A stretch of DNA of 32,000 nt. It comes from an uncultured archaeon. GTDB taxonomy: Archaea > Halobacteriota > Methanosarcinia > Methanosarcinales > Methanoperedenaceae. Both the position numbers and the translations under genes were made by a program. The notes under the pieces are model-generated. The model was not told where the DNA came from, ran no database searches, and saw only the letters and a list, made by a program, of their open reading frames with translations. Location of the stretch: positions 1 to 32,000 of the forward strand of contig CABMIH010000006.1 of the NCBI GenBank assembly GCA_902386205.1. Direction: 5' to 3'. This document shows positions 17,432 through 27,026 of the stretch, piece after piece; the first letter of the stretch is position 1; the number at the start of each line of letters is the position of its first letter.

Positions 17432-18295
17432 TTATAGAACACCCAATATCCAACCTTCCAATCTTGCTAATTTTAGTTTATCATCTTCAAGGTTTGGATT
17501 AAACCACTGGATTAATGTATTTCCTTTGTCTTGTTCGTATAGCCAAGTAGAGCATGCTTCAGCGTCGTTTTCATTAGTTTTTTCTTTTTCATTCACCAGT
17601 CCCGGATACATTTCAACCAGCACATGACCACTGGAAGGAAAATCCCAACCATCAAAAGGCCAGCAGAATAATTCAATGCCCACATCTTTCAAATCAGAAC
17701 GTAACTTAGCCAGATGTTGAATGCCATATAGGGATTGCAGGCCAACGGTTCCTTTTCCACCGATTTTATAAATTGGTTTAGTTTTAGGGCATCTATCTTC
17801 TGTAATCCTTTTTTCTTTTAGACGCGTGGTTTTCTCAAAGAATTTTGGATTAGTCTCTTGATATTTGAAAAGAGGTCCCCAAAAAGGACCTCCAGTTATT
17901 ATATTCAATCGTTTACAGATACAATCATTCGTATCTTTTGCCCATTCTCTGGGTTTATCATTAACAGGCGGTAATTCTTTCGTCCCATTGCATAATAAGT
18001 CTAAAAGTTGTTCCCATGTTTTCCATCTGTTTCCAGTTACGATTTCATAAAAACCTTCGGGGAAACTATAAGAATGGTCGAATCCAAAAATAACTCTCTG
18101 ATCATTTTGCATCGCTTTAACCAATAATGATTGGATTTCATATCTCAGGGATTTCCGTGTATAACATTTTGTTGTTTGCGGTTTTTCATTTTCATTACAA
18201 ATAATAGATAAAGCTATTGATTTCTTTTGATCATTGGCAGACTCTGAACCGCTATAATCAGCAAAAGCATATACATCGAATTTTCTCGACCTCAA
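17432..18295 (-). CDS. Hypothetical protein (possibly RNase-H-like/DUF429-like fold; unverified)
   Basis: 287-aa ORF. The only available start is TTG 18295, preceded by AAGGTGG and overlapping the stop of the upstream FAD-dehydrogenase gene. N-terminal DVYAFADYSGS and internal FGFDHSYSFP motifs. GC looks lower than in the upstream genes. Confidence 0.6.
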   Translation of the reverse strand: MRSRKFDVYAFADYSGSESANDQKKSIALSIICNENEKPQTTKCYTRKSLRYEIQSLLVKAMQNDQRVIFGFDHSYSFPEGFYEIVTGNRWKTWEQLLDLLCNGTKELPPVNDKPREWAKDTNDCICKRLNIITGGPFWGPLFKYQETNPKFFEKTTRLKEKRITEDRCPKTKPIYKIGGKGTVGLQSLYGIQHLAKLRSDLKDVGIELFCWPFDGWDFPSSGHVLVEMYPGLVNEKEKTNENDAEACSTWLYEQDKGNTLIQWFNPNLEDDKLKLARLEGWILGVL

Positions 18296-19683
18296 TCACC
18301 CACCTTCTTCAAAATGCCCCTTCCCGCAATCACTCCCGTCGCAGCCGCGTTCACTATATCCCTCGACAGGCCCGCGCCGTCCCCTGCCGCGAAAAGGTTC
18401 CGGACAGAGCTTTCCATGTTCCTGTCAACAAGAACCTGCATCGAATAGAACTTTATCTCCGGAGCATAAAGCAGGGTCGAGTCCGAAGCCACACCAGGAA
18501 TTATCTCGTTTAGAACCTCAAGCCCTTCAATAATATCAGTGACTATGCGGTGCGGCAGCGCCATCGAAATATCCCCCGGCGTTATGTCCTTTAACGTATT
18601 TACTACGGGATTCTTCTTCAGCCTGTTTTCGGTACTGCGCCTGCCCCTCCTGAGGTCGCCCATCCTCTGCAACACGGGTTTCCCACCGCCGATAGTTGTT
18701 GCCAGCTTGGCGATCGACCTGCCGTATCGCACCGTGTTCTCAATAGGCTCCGTGAGTTCCACCCTCACGATAAATGCAAAATTAGTGTTCTCTGAGCGCA
18801 TGTTCGTCATGGAATGCCCGTTCGTGGCTATGAAATCCTCATATTCTTCCTTGACAACAAAACCGTGCTCGTTGGTGCAGAATGTCCTTACGAAATCGTC
18901 GTATGTCTTTGTCTGGATGTGGAACTTCGGGTCGCGGTTGATCTTTGTTACCGGGTCCATCACGATTGCAGGCACTTCCACCCTGACTCCCACATCGATG
19001 GGAGCATACTTTGCCCCTATCTTATGCTTGTTTATTATCTCATCTGTCCATTTCGCACCAACCCTTCCGGGCGCGATGATCGTAAAACGCGAGTGCAATT
19101 CTGTCCCGTCTTTTAAAACAACACCCCTGCATTCCCCGTCCTCGATGATGAGGTCTTCCACCCTTGTATCGAGCAGGAATTCAACTCCCCTTTCCTTAAG
19201 GTCTTTCTCGAAGTTCCTGATAACCACAGGGGCGTTATCAGACCCTATGTGCCGCTGTATGATTTCAATGAACCTTGCGCCAACGGATGCGGCACGCCTT
19301 TTTAGCTCTTCCACTTTGTCGCCTTTCGGGACATAAAGATGGTCCGGCGCGCCATATTTAAGGAACACTTCATCCACATGGTCGACAAGCTGCCAGGCAT
19401 AATCCCTGTCACCTGTCTGCTCAACAAGGTCTCCCCCGATATCGGGCCGCAGGTTCAGCGTCCCGTCAGAAAATGTGCCTGCACCGCCCACACCGCACAT
19501 GATGTCGCACGGGTCGCAGTGCATGCAGATGCTACGCAGGTTCATTTTGCAGTTGCGTTCATCGATATCCCGCCCCTGGTCTATTATCAGCACTTTCATT
19601 TTTTCTGCAAGCTCATCTGCCGCGAACATACCCGCAGGCCCTGCACCTACTATGACAACATCGTATTCCTTTTTTTGATTCAT
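18292..19683 (-). CDS. FAD-dependent dehydrogenase (COG2509-like, uncharacterised)
   Basis: N-terminal Rossmann motif YDVVIVGAGPAGMFAA and a C-terminal FAD motif LFAAGDGAGLS. ATGA overlap with purP. Confidence 0.8.
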   Translation of the reverse strand: MNQKKEYDVVIVGAGPAGMFAADELAEKMKVLIIDQGRDIDERNCKMNLRSICMHCDPCDIMCGVGGAGTFSDGTLNLRPDIGGDLVEQTGDRDYAWQLVDHVDEVFLKYGAPDHLYVPKGDKVEELKRRAASVGARFIEIIQRHIGSDNAPVVIRNFEKDLKERGVEFLLDTRVEDLIIEDGECRGVVLKDGTELHSRFTIIAPGRVGAKWTDEIINKHKIGAKYAPIDVGVRVEVPAIVMDPVTKINRDPKFHIQTKTYDDFVRTFCTNEHGFVVKEEYEDFIATNGHSMTNMRSENTNFAFIVRVELTEPIENTVRYGRSIAKLATTIGGGKPVLQRMGDLRRGRRSTENRLKKNPVVNTLKDITPGDISMALPHRIVTDIIEGLEVLNEIIPGVASDSTLLYAPEIKFYSMQVLVDRNMESSVRNLFAAGDGAGLSRDIVNAAATGVIAGRGILKKVGD

Positions 19684-20750
19684 GAGATAACCTCGGAAAG
19701 CATATCCAATTCCCGCGCCATCCTGATCTCCCGTGCGATACGCCGCCCCATTGATAGTTTTTCATCTACCAGGTCTGAATACGGCGAACCTGAAATGAAA
19801 AGGTTGGTGCCTGCAACGATACGCGCTGAGATCTCGAAGACTTTCAACTCAAGTGAATCCGTCACTACGGCTTCAAGGCAGAATGGCCCGATCATGCCCC
19901 CGAACAGATCAAGCGACTTTTCAACGACCTGTTCTCCCATCTCAAATATCCTGGGAAGAAGTGATTCCCTTACCATTAGCGGTATATTCCCTGTCACGAC
20001 AAAAGTAGGATAAATTCCGGCTTCTGCAAGCTCGGTAGGCGATCCGATCCTGAATATCTCGTCGGCGTTTGATTCCACGCGCCTGTCAATCCCCAGGAGT
20101 TCAAGCGTTCCTTTACTTAATGCGTATCCGTCACTCTTGATCGGTGAATAAAAATAATGCATGTAGTAACGTGTCCCGAGAACGAATTCCTGTATGGTGT
20201 ATTTTTCGTTTGGGTTAATCCGCTTCTGGAAATCGGAATAATTCTTCACAACAAAGAAGCCCATCCCGCCTTTTGCCCCGTAATATTTTACCATCATTGG
20301 CGAATCGATATCTTCAGGATTTTTTATCTGGCGGGGCATCTTTATTCCAGCGGATTCAAGCCATTTGCGGCTCATATCCCTGTCTGATTCCCATTCAAGC
20401 ACGCGGCGGTTGCCATAAGTGGGCAGGCGCAGTTTCTGGAAATTTTCAGCTCCGAGGTATTCCACGAAAGAACCATGGGGGATTATTATGGCGTTTTTTT
20501 CTGCAAGTTCACGGGATTTTGTGAGTATGTCCTTATAGTTTTTCACTATGAAAAATTCATCAGGTTTTGCTTTCGGAAATGCATCGTAGAACTTTGGCGG
20601 CGCGCCCATACAAATACCGATTGTCCTGAAACCTTCTTTCCTTGCACCGTCAAAAATCTGGAGGCTGCTGTGCGAGCAGACCGTAGCAATAGCTATATTC
20701 TCCTTATCGTAGCCCTCCAGAATGTCAATTATCTCCTGCTTTTCGACCAT
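19680..20750 (-). CDS. purP: 5-formaminoimidazole-4-carboxamide ribonucleotide (FAICAR) synthetase, archaeal PurP
   Basis: N-terminus MVEKQEIIDILEGYDKENIAIATVCSHSSLQIFDGARKEGFRT resembles archaeal PurP (ATP-grasp). I prefer ATG 20750 over 20774. Confidence 0.85.
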   Translation of the reverse strand: MVEKQEIIDILEGYDKENIAIATVCSHSSLQIFDGARKEGFRTIGICMGAPPKFYDAFPKAKPDEFFIVKNYKDILTKSRELAEKNAIIIPHGSFVEYLGAENFQKLRLPTYGNRRVLEWESDRDMSRKWLESAGIKMPRQIKNPEDIDSPMMVKYYGAKGGMGFFVVKNYSDFQKRINPNEKYTIQEFVLGTRYYMHYFYSPIKSDGYALSKGTLELLGIDRRVESNADEIFRIGSPTELAEAGIYPTFVVTGNIPLMVRESLLPRIFEMGEQVVEKSLDLFGGMIGPFCLEAVVTDSLELKVFEISARIVAGTNLFISGSPYSDLVDEKLSMGRRIAREIRMARELDMLSEVIS

Positions 20751-20819
20751 TATGCACCTGCATAGTGCAACCATTATATATTTTCTGGGTTAATTAATCT
20801 TGTGGAGACTGGCTGATAA

Positions 20820-21371
20820 TTACGTTTTTATCAGATCAAAATCCCTTTCCTGAAAAGAGAATACCACTTCTTCTTTGAAATATAGGCTTATATAGGTCAA
20901 TGCATAAACAAAGAAAGCTGTCCCTATCATCTCAAGCGATTCTTCTATCGTGGAAATCATCGCATAGATCAGGTTTTCTTTGCCATTTGCAAATTCATAC
21001 CAGCCACCCACAAGTTCCATACCAAGAGAACCACCAACAAAAAAAATACCAGCCAGAATAAATAAAAACCGTATGTTTTTTGGAAGATTAATTAGAAATT
21101 TCATATAGGTGATTATAAAGATAATAACGATTGGTATTCCAATTATTACCCAGGGGAAATGGAAAATGCGGTAGCTGGAAAATGAAAACAGGAAGACATT
21201 AAATAATTCATGGATTTGGGCAGCTTCATCAATCGATAAATATAGAAAAAAAATCGAAAGTACACTCCAATGAAATTGATATTTATCATTGCCTCTTTTT
21301 TTTGCAAAAGCAATTACCGCAAGAAGGATTGCGCAAACTAATAATGCTATCGATTCATACCATGTCGGCAC
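20820..21371 (-). CDS. Hypothetical integral membrane protein
   Basis: 183 aa with about 5-6 hydrophobic helices. GTG start. Confidence 0.55.
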   Translation of the reverse strand: MPTWYESIALLVCAILLAVIAFAKKRGNDKYQFHWSVLSIFFLYLSIDEAAQIHELFNVFLFSFSSYRIFHFPWVIIGIPIVIIFIITYMKFLINLPKNIRFLFILAGIFFVGGSLGMELVGGWYEFANGKENLIYAMISTIEESLEMIGTAFFVYALTYISLYFKEEVVFSFQERDFDLIKT

Positions 21372-21676
21372 ATTTGCCTCTGCGCCAAGATAAAATAGTC
21401 GTACAAGCCCAAAGGCCTTGTTATGACCGAATAAATACGTAGAAAATTACCCCGCAGTACTTGCAATAATAAGAAAGACGATTACTATTAAAAGCATTTT
21501 TAAAACTTTACCTGACTGGATTGTAAGTCTTATATATTATCCAACCTGAAAAATTCTTTTTAGAATTTTATTCATATAATGTTATTAAATATACTTATTT
21601 GGATTTAAAATTTTCTTCTGGCAGGTTTGCCGTTTATAGAAGAATATATATTTATTCCAATTGTAATTTGGTATCT

Positions 21677-21880
21677 ATGAGTATAGAATATACGGGGATC
21701 AATAAAGAAACGGTAGCTGGAGAGATAGATAATTTTCTCAAATCCTGTACTGAAGATACAATTTTTAAAATGGTGATTAATTCAAAGCGGGGTTCAATCA
21801 ACATCAAGATAAAGCGCGCCAAGAAAAACAGGATAAAAAAATTATTCGGGAAATTGAGAAGAATAAAATCAGATGCCTAA
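21677..21880 (+). CDS. Small basic hypothetical protein
   Basis: 67 aa from ATG 21677 (the track starts at TTG 21599). An A/T-rich TATA-like stretch lies upstream. No recognisable motif. Confidence 0.3.
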   Translation: MSIEYTGINKETVAGEIDNFLKSCTEDTIFKMVINSKRGSINIKIKRAKKNRIKKLFGKLRRIKSDA

Positions 21881-22069
21881 TACATCAATAGCGATATCCC
21901 CGAGGGCATAGATTATAAGCGTTATAAGAAAGAAGATGATAACTAAATGAATTCCTTTGCTTTGTTTATAAAATGCAGTTTCGGTTATAGTGATCAAAAC
22001 CAGGAGCAAAACACCTATGATAAGACCAAGACCGAGGCGCAAGGCAACATCTTTCAATACCGCAAGCAT
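21869..22069 (-). CDS. Small hypothetical two-TM membrane protein
   Basis: 66 aa with two hydrophobic segments and an ATG start. No obvious RBS. Confidence 0.35.
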   Translation of the reverse strand: MLAVLKDVALRLGLGLIIGVLLLVLITITETAFYKQSKGIHLVIIFFLITLIIYALGDIAIDVLGI

Positions 22070-22141
22070 GTCTGATAATTGAAATGGTATTATTTAATTC
22101 TATTCCATAAACTATTCAAAGAGGTAAACCTACTATAATAT

Positions 22142-22705
22142 ATGACTGATGAAATTATTATAGGAATCAGCGGGGCTTCAGGAGTGCAGTACGGGATAAG
22201 ACTGCTTGAAGCATTAAAAAACATGGGGAATTTTGAAACTCATTTAATAATCTCCGGTTCAGCAGAAAAGCTTATCAAAATCGAGACTGGCTTCTCTGTG
22301 CAGGATGTGGAACAACTGGGAAATCATGTTTATGCGGATGACGACTTCACAGCACCTGTGGCAAGCGGTTCGCACAGGACAAAGGGCATGATAATCGCCC
22401 CGTGCAGCATGAAGACGCTTGCATCGATAGCGACCGGGATGTCCGATACGCTGATATCAAGAGCGGCCGATGTTTGCCTGAAAGAAAAACGTCCTCTTGT
22501 CCTGATGGTGCGCGAAACGCCCCTGAATTTGATACATGTCGAGAATATGGAACGTGCAATAAAAGCAGGAGCTTCCATTCTTCCGGCATGTCCGGCTTTT
22601 TATCCAAAACCCAAAACTATTGATGAAATAATCGATTTCATGGCAGGGCGTTCCCTTGACCTCCTTGGAATCGAACATAAGCTGTACCGAAGGTGGCGTG
22701 AATGA
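22142..22705 (+). CDS. ubiX: Flavin prenyltransferase UbiX (prenyl-FMN synthase)
   Basis: IIIGISGASGVQYGIRLLEAL, MIIAPCSMKTLASIATG and LVLMVRETPL are typical of UbiX/Pad1. Confidence 0.9.
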   Translation: MTDEIIIGISGASGVQYGIRLLEALKNMGNFETHLIISGSAEKLIKIETGFSVQDVEQLGNHVYADDDFTAPVASGSHRTKGMIIAPCSMKTLASIATGMSDTLISRAADVCLKEKRPLVLMVRETPLNLIHVENMERAIKAGASILPACPAFYPKPKTIDEIIDFMAGRSLDLLGIEHKLYRRWRE

Positions 22706-23967
22706 GTTTCAGGGGATTCATAGAACAACTAAGATCAGAGGGGAAACTCAAGGAAATTGGAACACCAATCTCGCCTGTGTATGAAGTTTCCGCGATCGCG
22801 GGGAGAGAACCCACGCTTTTTACCAATGTAAATGGTTCAATGGTTGCAATGAACGTTATTGGTTCAAGGGAACTGCTTGCAGAAGCACTTGGCGTACAGC
22901 CTGAGATGATCATATCCCATTTATCTTCACACCCGCCTGAAGGAAAAATTAAACTTGTCGCGGATTCACCCACGAAAGAAGTCGTTGAAAAACCCGACCT
23001 CTCGAAACTTCCAATACTTACGCACTTTGAAGGGGACGGTGCCCCGTATATTACCTCAGGTGTAGTGGTGTCGGAATACGAAGGGGTCATGAACGCCTCG
23101 ATTCACAGGCTCCGCGTGATAGGGAAGGATAAGCTTGCAGCGCGGCTTGTGGAATTCAGGCATACTTATAATCTTCATAAAAAAGCTGCCGAACATGGGA
23201 AGGCACTGCCCATCGCTATCGTTATTGGCATTGACCCCGTAACACTGTTTGCCATTTCAACACGGGTGCCGGAAGGAAAAGAGTTCGAATATGCATCGTC
23301 CCTCCGCGGTGAGCCGATAGAGGTTTTCGAATGCGGGAATGGTATCAAAGTCCCGCATGCTGAGATCGTGCTTGAGGGATACATCCATCCCACGGAACTT
23401 GTGGATGAGGGGCCGTTCGTGGATATCAGCGGCACCTATGATATTGTGAGGAAACAACCTGTCATATATATAACAAAAATCATGCACAGGAGAGATCCGA
23501 TATACCATGCTCTCATTCCTGCGGGGAATGAGCATAATATCCTGATGGGAGTACCTTACGAGCCGCTGATCTTCAACGAAGTGAAAAAGATGGCTGATGT
23601 CAGGAACGTGGTCCTTACTCCGGGAGGCTGCTGGTATTTCCATGCAGCTGTCCAGATACATAAAAATAACGATGAAGAGGCAAAGAAAGCTATCGAGGCT
23701 GCGTTTTTGGCGCACAAGAGCCTGAAACACGTAGTGATAGTGGATGACGACATAAATATTTTCGACCCGAATGATATCGAATTCGCTATTGCGACCCGTG
23801 TTAAGGGCGACGAGGACATATACATTTATCCAAATGTCAGGGGCAGCACGCTTGACCCACGCTCTGAGAACGGGATAGGGACGAAAGTGGGCATTGATGC
23901 TACGATGGATTTGAGCAAGAGGTGGAAGTTCGAGAGGGCAAGACGGCCTGAGATAAAAGGCAGATGA
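22702..23967 (+). CDS. ubiD: UbiD-family (prFMN-dependent) decarboxylase
   Basis: 421 aa with an ATGA overlap with ubiX. UbiD-like blocks are present (GAPYITSGVVV, NASIHRLRV, FVDISGTYD, VVIVDDDINIFD). Confidence 0.85.
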   Translation: MSFRGFIEQLRSEGKLKEIGTPISPVYEVSAIAGREPTLFTNVNGSMVAMNVIGSRELLAEALGVQPEMIISHLSSHPPEGKIKLVADSPTKEVVEKPDLSKLPILTHFEGDGAPYITSGVVVSEYEGVMNASIHRLRVIGKDKLAARLVEFRHTYNLHKKAAEHGKALPIAIVIGIDPVTLFAISTRVPEGKEFEYASSLRGEPIEVFECGNGIKVPHAEIVLEGYIHPTELVDEGPFVDISGTYDIVRKQPVIYITKIMHRRDPIYHALIPAGNEHNILMGVPYEPLIFNEVKKMADVRNVVLTPGGCWYFHAAVQIHKNNDEEAKKAIEAAFLAHKSLKHVVIVDDDINIFDPNDIEFAIATRVKGDEDIYIYPNVRGSTLDPRSENGIGTKVGIDATMDLSKRWKFERARRPEIKGR

Positions 23968-24127
23968 AGACGATTAATCATGAAGCATCTGAGGAATCAT
24001 GTAGCAAAAATGTTCTTTGAAACCTGTATGATGGCGAATCCAAATGTGGTGATATGTTTTTAATCAAATAAATATCTATAAATAATTGATAAAAGAGTAT
24101 ATATGAAACGGTAGTGATATTTATTTG

Positions 24128-24604
24128 ATGATGGAAAAAATCAATCGTAAGAAAAAAAATAATAAATATTTACTTATATTACCTTGTTCGAAACAGAAAA
24201 AAGAACTGTACAGTACATCTGCCCTGGAATTATACGACGGCCCCTTTTATCGTGTAGTCCGAAAAAATCAACCAAAAAATTTAGACATTTTAATTCTTTC
24301 TGCTAAATATGGATTAATCAGTTCTGACAATCTTATTTCTTATTATGACCAAATAATGACCCCTAAAAGAGCTGAAGAACTTGCCAGTAAGATTATGATG
24401 AAACTGGAAAGGATATTTACAAATGAAGATTATAATGAAGTATTCATAAATCTTGGAAAAAACTACTTGCCTGCATTAGATGGATCAAAAAAAATACTTG
24501 ATGAACATAATGTAAATTGGGCAAATGGACAAATTGGCGAGAGACTGCATCAACTTAAAACATGGCTCAATACAATTAGAGCAACAGAGAGATTGGTCTC
24601 ATGA
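24128..24604 (+). CDS. DUF6884-like small protein (function unknown)
   Basis: YLLILPCSKQKK...ALELYDGPFYRVV...ILILSAKYGLISSDNLISYYDQIMT matches the pattern I recall for DUF6884 proteins (ACSxxK ... LY ... ILSAKYGL ... YD). ATG 24128 or 24131; the track start 24125 is TTG. Its stop overlaps the helicase ATG (ATGA). Confidence 0.6.
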   Translation: MMEKINRKKKNNKYLLILPCSKQKKELYSTSALELYDGPFYRVVRKNQPKNLDILILSAKYGLISSDNLISYYDQIMTPKRAEELASKIMMKLERIFTNEDYNEVFINLGKNYLPALDGSKKILDEHNVNWANGQIGERLHQLKTWLNTIRATERLVS

Positions 24605-27015
24605 TTAGCTGGAATGATTTTGAGCATGCTGTAATAAATCAACTTAATCCACCTAGAAATATTAATAATCAGTATAATCCAGAACAAAATAATGCCATTC
24701 ATGCTCCTCAGAACCAATCTTTATTCTTAGCAGCAGGGCCAGGTAGCGGAAAAACAACTGTTATAACACTAAGGATCTTAAAACTCATTTTTGTAGATAA
24801 TGTTGATACATCAAGTATTTTAGTTACAACATTCACACGAAAAGCTGCCGCAGAATTAAGCTCAAGAATACTTGGATGGGGAGACCAACTTAAAAGGATT
24901 TTCTTGTCTCATCCATCTTACATTTCTATTAAAAATCAACTTGAGATTATAAATTTTAATAACATTACAATCGGAACTTTGGATAGTATAGTAGAAGAAA
25001 AATTAGGATATTATCGCCCAGCAGGTGCGCCTAATCCGGTGGTCATCGAGGACTTTGTATCCAATGCTTTGATGATTAAATTTGGTCTTTTTTTGCATAA
25101 TAGGCATAATAATAGCAATCTTAAAGATTATATACTGAATTTAAAATGCTCGTCACTTCCCCCCAATCCTTCAGAAATGAGTTCTACTTTAAGAGAAATT
25201 AAAGATAGAATATATCATGACCAAATAAATATTAACCAATATAGGTCTCAATCCCATCATCAGGGTATTCCAGTGGCATGTGATGCGATAGACGATTATA
25301 ATCAAGAATTACAGGATAGATTACTTTTCGATTTTACTAGATTAGAGCATGAATTTTTGTTTCAACTTCGAGCAGGAACATTAAAAACATTTCTGGAAGA
25401 TATTAATTTTATCCTTATCGATGAATACCAAGATACAAATTATCTACAAGAACAAATATATTTTGAGTTATCAAGGGCAGCATTACAAAATATGGGTAGT
25501 ATAACAGTTGTGGGTGATGATGACCAATCACTTTATCGTTTTCGCGGTGCCACTGTAGATTTGTTCCAAGAGTTCCTAAATAGAACGAACAGTCAATTAA
25601 ATCTTGTTCCTCGACTAATATATCTCTCTCAAAACTATAGATCTACCCCGATGATAGTTAGTTTTTGTAATAGATATATTAGTTTGGATAGTCAATTTCA
25701 AAATGCTCGTGTTTTAGGTAAACCTCCAATAATACCAGCACGACAAATGAATCCTCAATCTCATAACTATCCTGTCTTGGGAATGTTTAGAGATGATGTT
25801 GATACGCTTGCTCATGACTTAGGATTATTTATTCATAGAGTAATTCACGGCAGAGGTGTTCAAATTCAATATCAGGGTAATATATTTACGATACATACTG
25901 ATCAACAAAATGGCTCTCCTGCTGATATCGCGTTATTATTTAGTTCACCAAAAGAATTTAGTTCAAATGGAAATTCAAGACTTCCTTTGCTGTTACGCAA
26001 TGAATTAAGGAACCTATCACCACAAATTCAGATTTTTAATCCGCGCGGGCAGGATTTAGAACTAATACAAGATGTTCAAAGATTATGTGGTTTGATTCTG
26101 GAATGTATAGACCCTAATAGTAGAATACAAAATGATATACAGAGATTGCCGCAAGATGCCAGAGATAGACTTAACGAGTGGAGAAGAGAGGCGGTTAATT
26201 TTATAAACAGTAATCCTTTACATCAAACTCCAAGAAATCTAGGAGATTTTGTAGATGCTTGGAGAAATAGAAGACCTCTTGGAAGGCAAGTTCGTAGTAG
26301 AAAGTGGGAAGTTCCACTACTAGATTTAGTTTATAAACTAGTTACATGGATTCCCAATATGCAAAACGATATAGAGGGATTAGTTTATCTTGAAGCGATA
26401 TCAAGAACTATCAATCAAGCGGGTTTATTTGGTAATTATGAATCTAAAATAATTATTGATACAAATAATACAAATTTAGAATTCGACTCTGTTAATGAAG
26501 CTCTATGGAATATTTTTATACCTATTGCCACAGGTGCAATCAAAATAAACGAAGACCTTCTTGAAACTCTGCCAAATGATAGAATAAATGTAATGTCTGT
26601 TCATCAAGCAAAAGGGCTTGAGTTTCCATTGGTTGTCGTCGATGTAGGAAGCGACTTCAAAACAGATCACTGGAAACAAAGATTTAGACGTTTTCCGCAA
26701 CTGAATAATAACGGGAACGTAGAGGATGGAAAAAGTGTAAATTTGGAAAATGAACTAAGACCTCATTGCATTGACCCTCAATTAAGGCAATTACAAAGAA
26801 CAAGTTTGGATAGAGCATTTGATGATTTAACAAGACAATATTTTGTATCCTTTAGCAGGGCTCAAGATGTATTATTATTAGTTGGTTTGAATTCAGTTAG
26901 AAATGGTTATAATAGCCGTTCTGGAAGAAAAGAAATTCCAAATATCGCAACAGGTTGGAATAGAAATAGAAACTGGGACTGGGGTCGAGGATTGCCTAAT
27001 TTATATCATATATAG
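24601..27015 (+). CDS. UvrD/Rep/PcrA-like superfamily-1 DNA helicase
   Basis: SF1 motifs in order: I AAGPGSGKTTVIT, Ia VTTFTRKAAAELSSRI, II ILIDEYQDTN, III VVGDDDQSLYRFRGA, IV LSQNYRSTPMIV, V/VI VMSVHQAKGLEFPLVVV and YVSFSRAQDVLLLV. Confidence 0.9.
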   Translation: MISWNDFEHAVINQLNPPRNINNQYNPEQNNAIHAPQNQSLFLAAGPGSGKTTVITLRILKLIFVDNVDTSSILVTTFTRKAAAELSSRILGWGDQLKRIFLSHPSYISIKNQLEIINFNNITIGTLDSIVEEKLGYYRPAGAPNPVVIEDFVSNALMIKFGLFLHNRHNNSNLKDYILNLKCSSLPPNPSEMSSTLREIKDRIYHDQININQYRSQSHHQGIPVACDAIDDYNQELQDRLLFDFTRLEHEFLFQLRAGTLKTFLEDINFILIDEYQDTNYLQEQIYFELSRAALQNMGSITVVGDDDQSLYRFRGATVDLFQEFLNRTNSQLNLVPRLIYLSQNYRSTPMIVSFCNRYISLDSQFQNARVLGKPPIIPARQMNPQSHNYPVLGMFRDDVDTLAHDLGLFIHRVIHGRGVQIQYQGNIFTIHTDQQNGSPADIALLFSSPKEFSSNGNSRLPLLLRNELRNLSPQIQIFNPRGQDLELIQDVQRLCGLILECIDPNSRIQNDIQRLPQDARDRLNEWRREAVNFINSNPLHQTPRNLGDFVDAWRNRRPLGRQVRSRKWEVPLLDLVYKLVTWIPNMQNDIEGLVYLEAISRTINQAGLFGNYESKIIIDTNNTNLEFDSVNEALWNIFIPIATGAIKINEDLLETLPNDRINVMSVHQAKGLEFPLVVVDVGSDFKTDHWKQRFRRFPQLNNNGNVEDGKSVNLENELRPHCIDPQLRQLQRTSLDRAFDDLTRQYFVSFSRAQDVLLLVGLNSVRNGYNSRSGRKEIPNIATGWNRNRNWDWGRGLPNLYHI

Positions 27016-27026
27016 AAGGAATAAAC

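Noticed and set aside
21599-21676. TTG start at 21599 for the small basic ORF
   Set aside because: The upstream 26 codons overlap an A/T-rich promoter-like stretch. An internal ATG at 21677 is more plausible, and even then the gene is low confidence.
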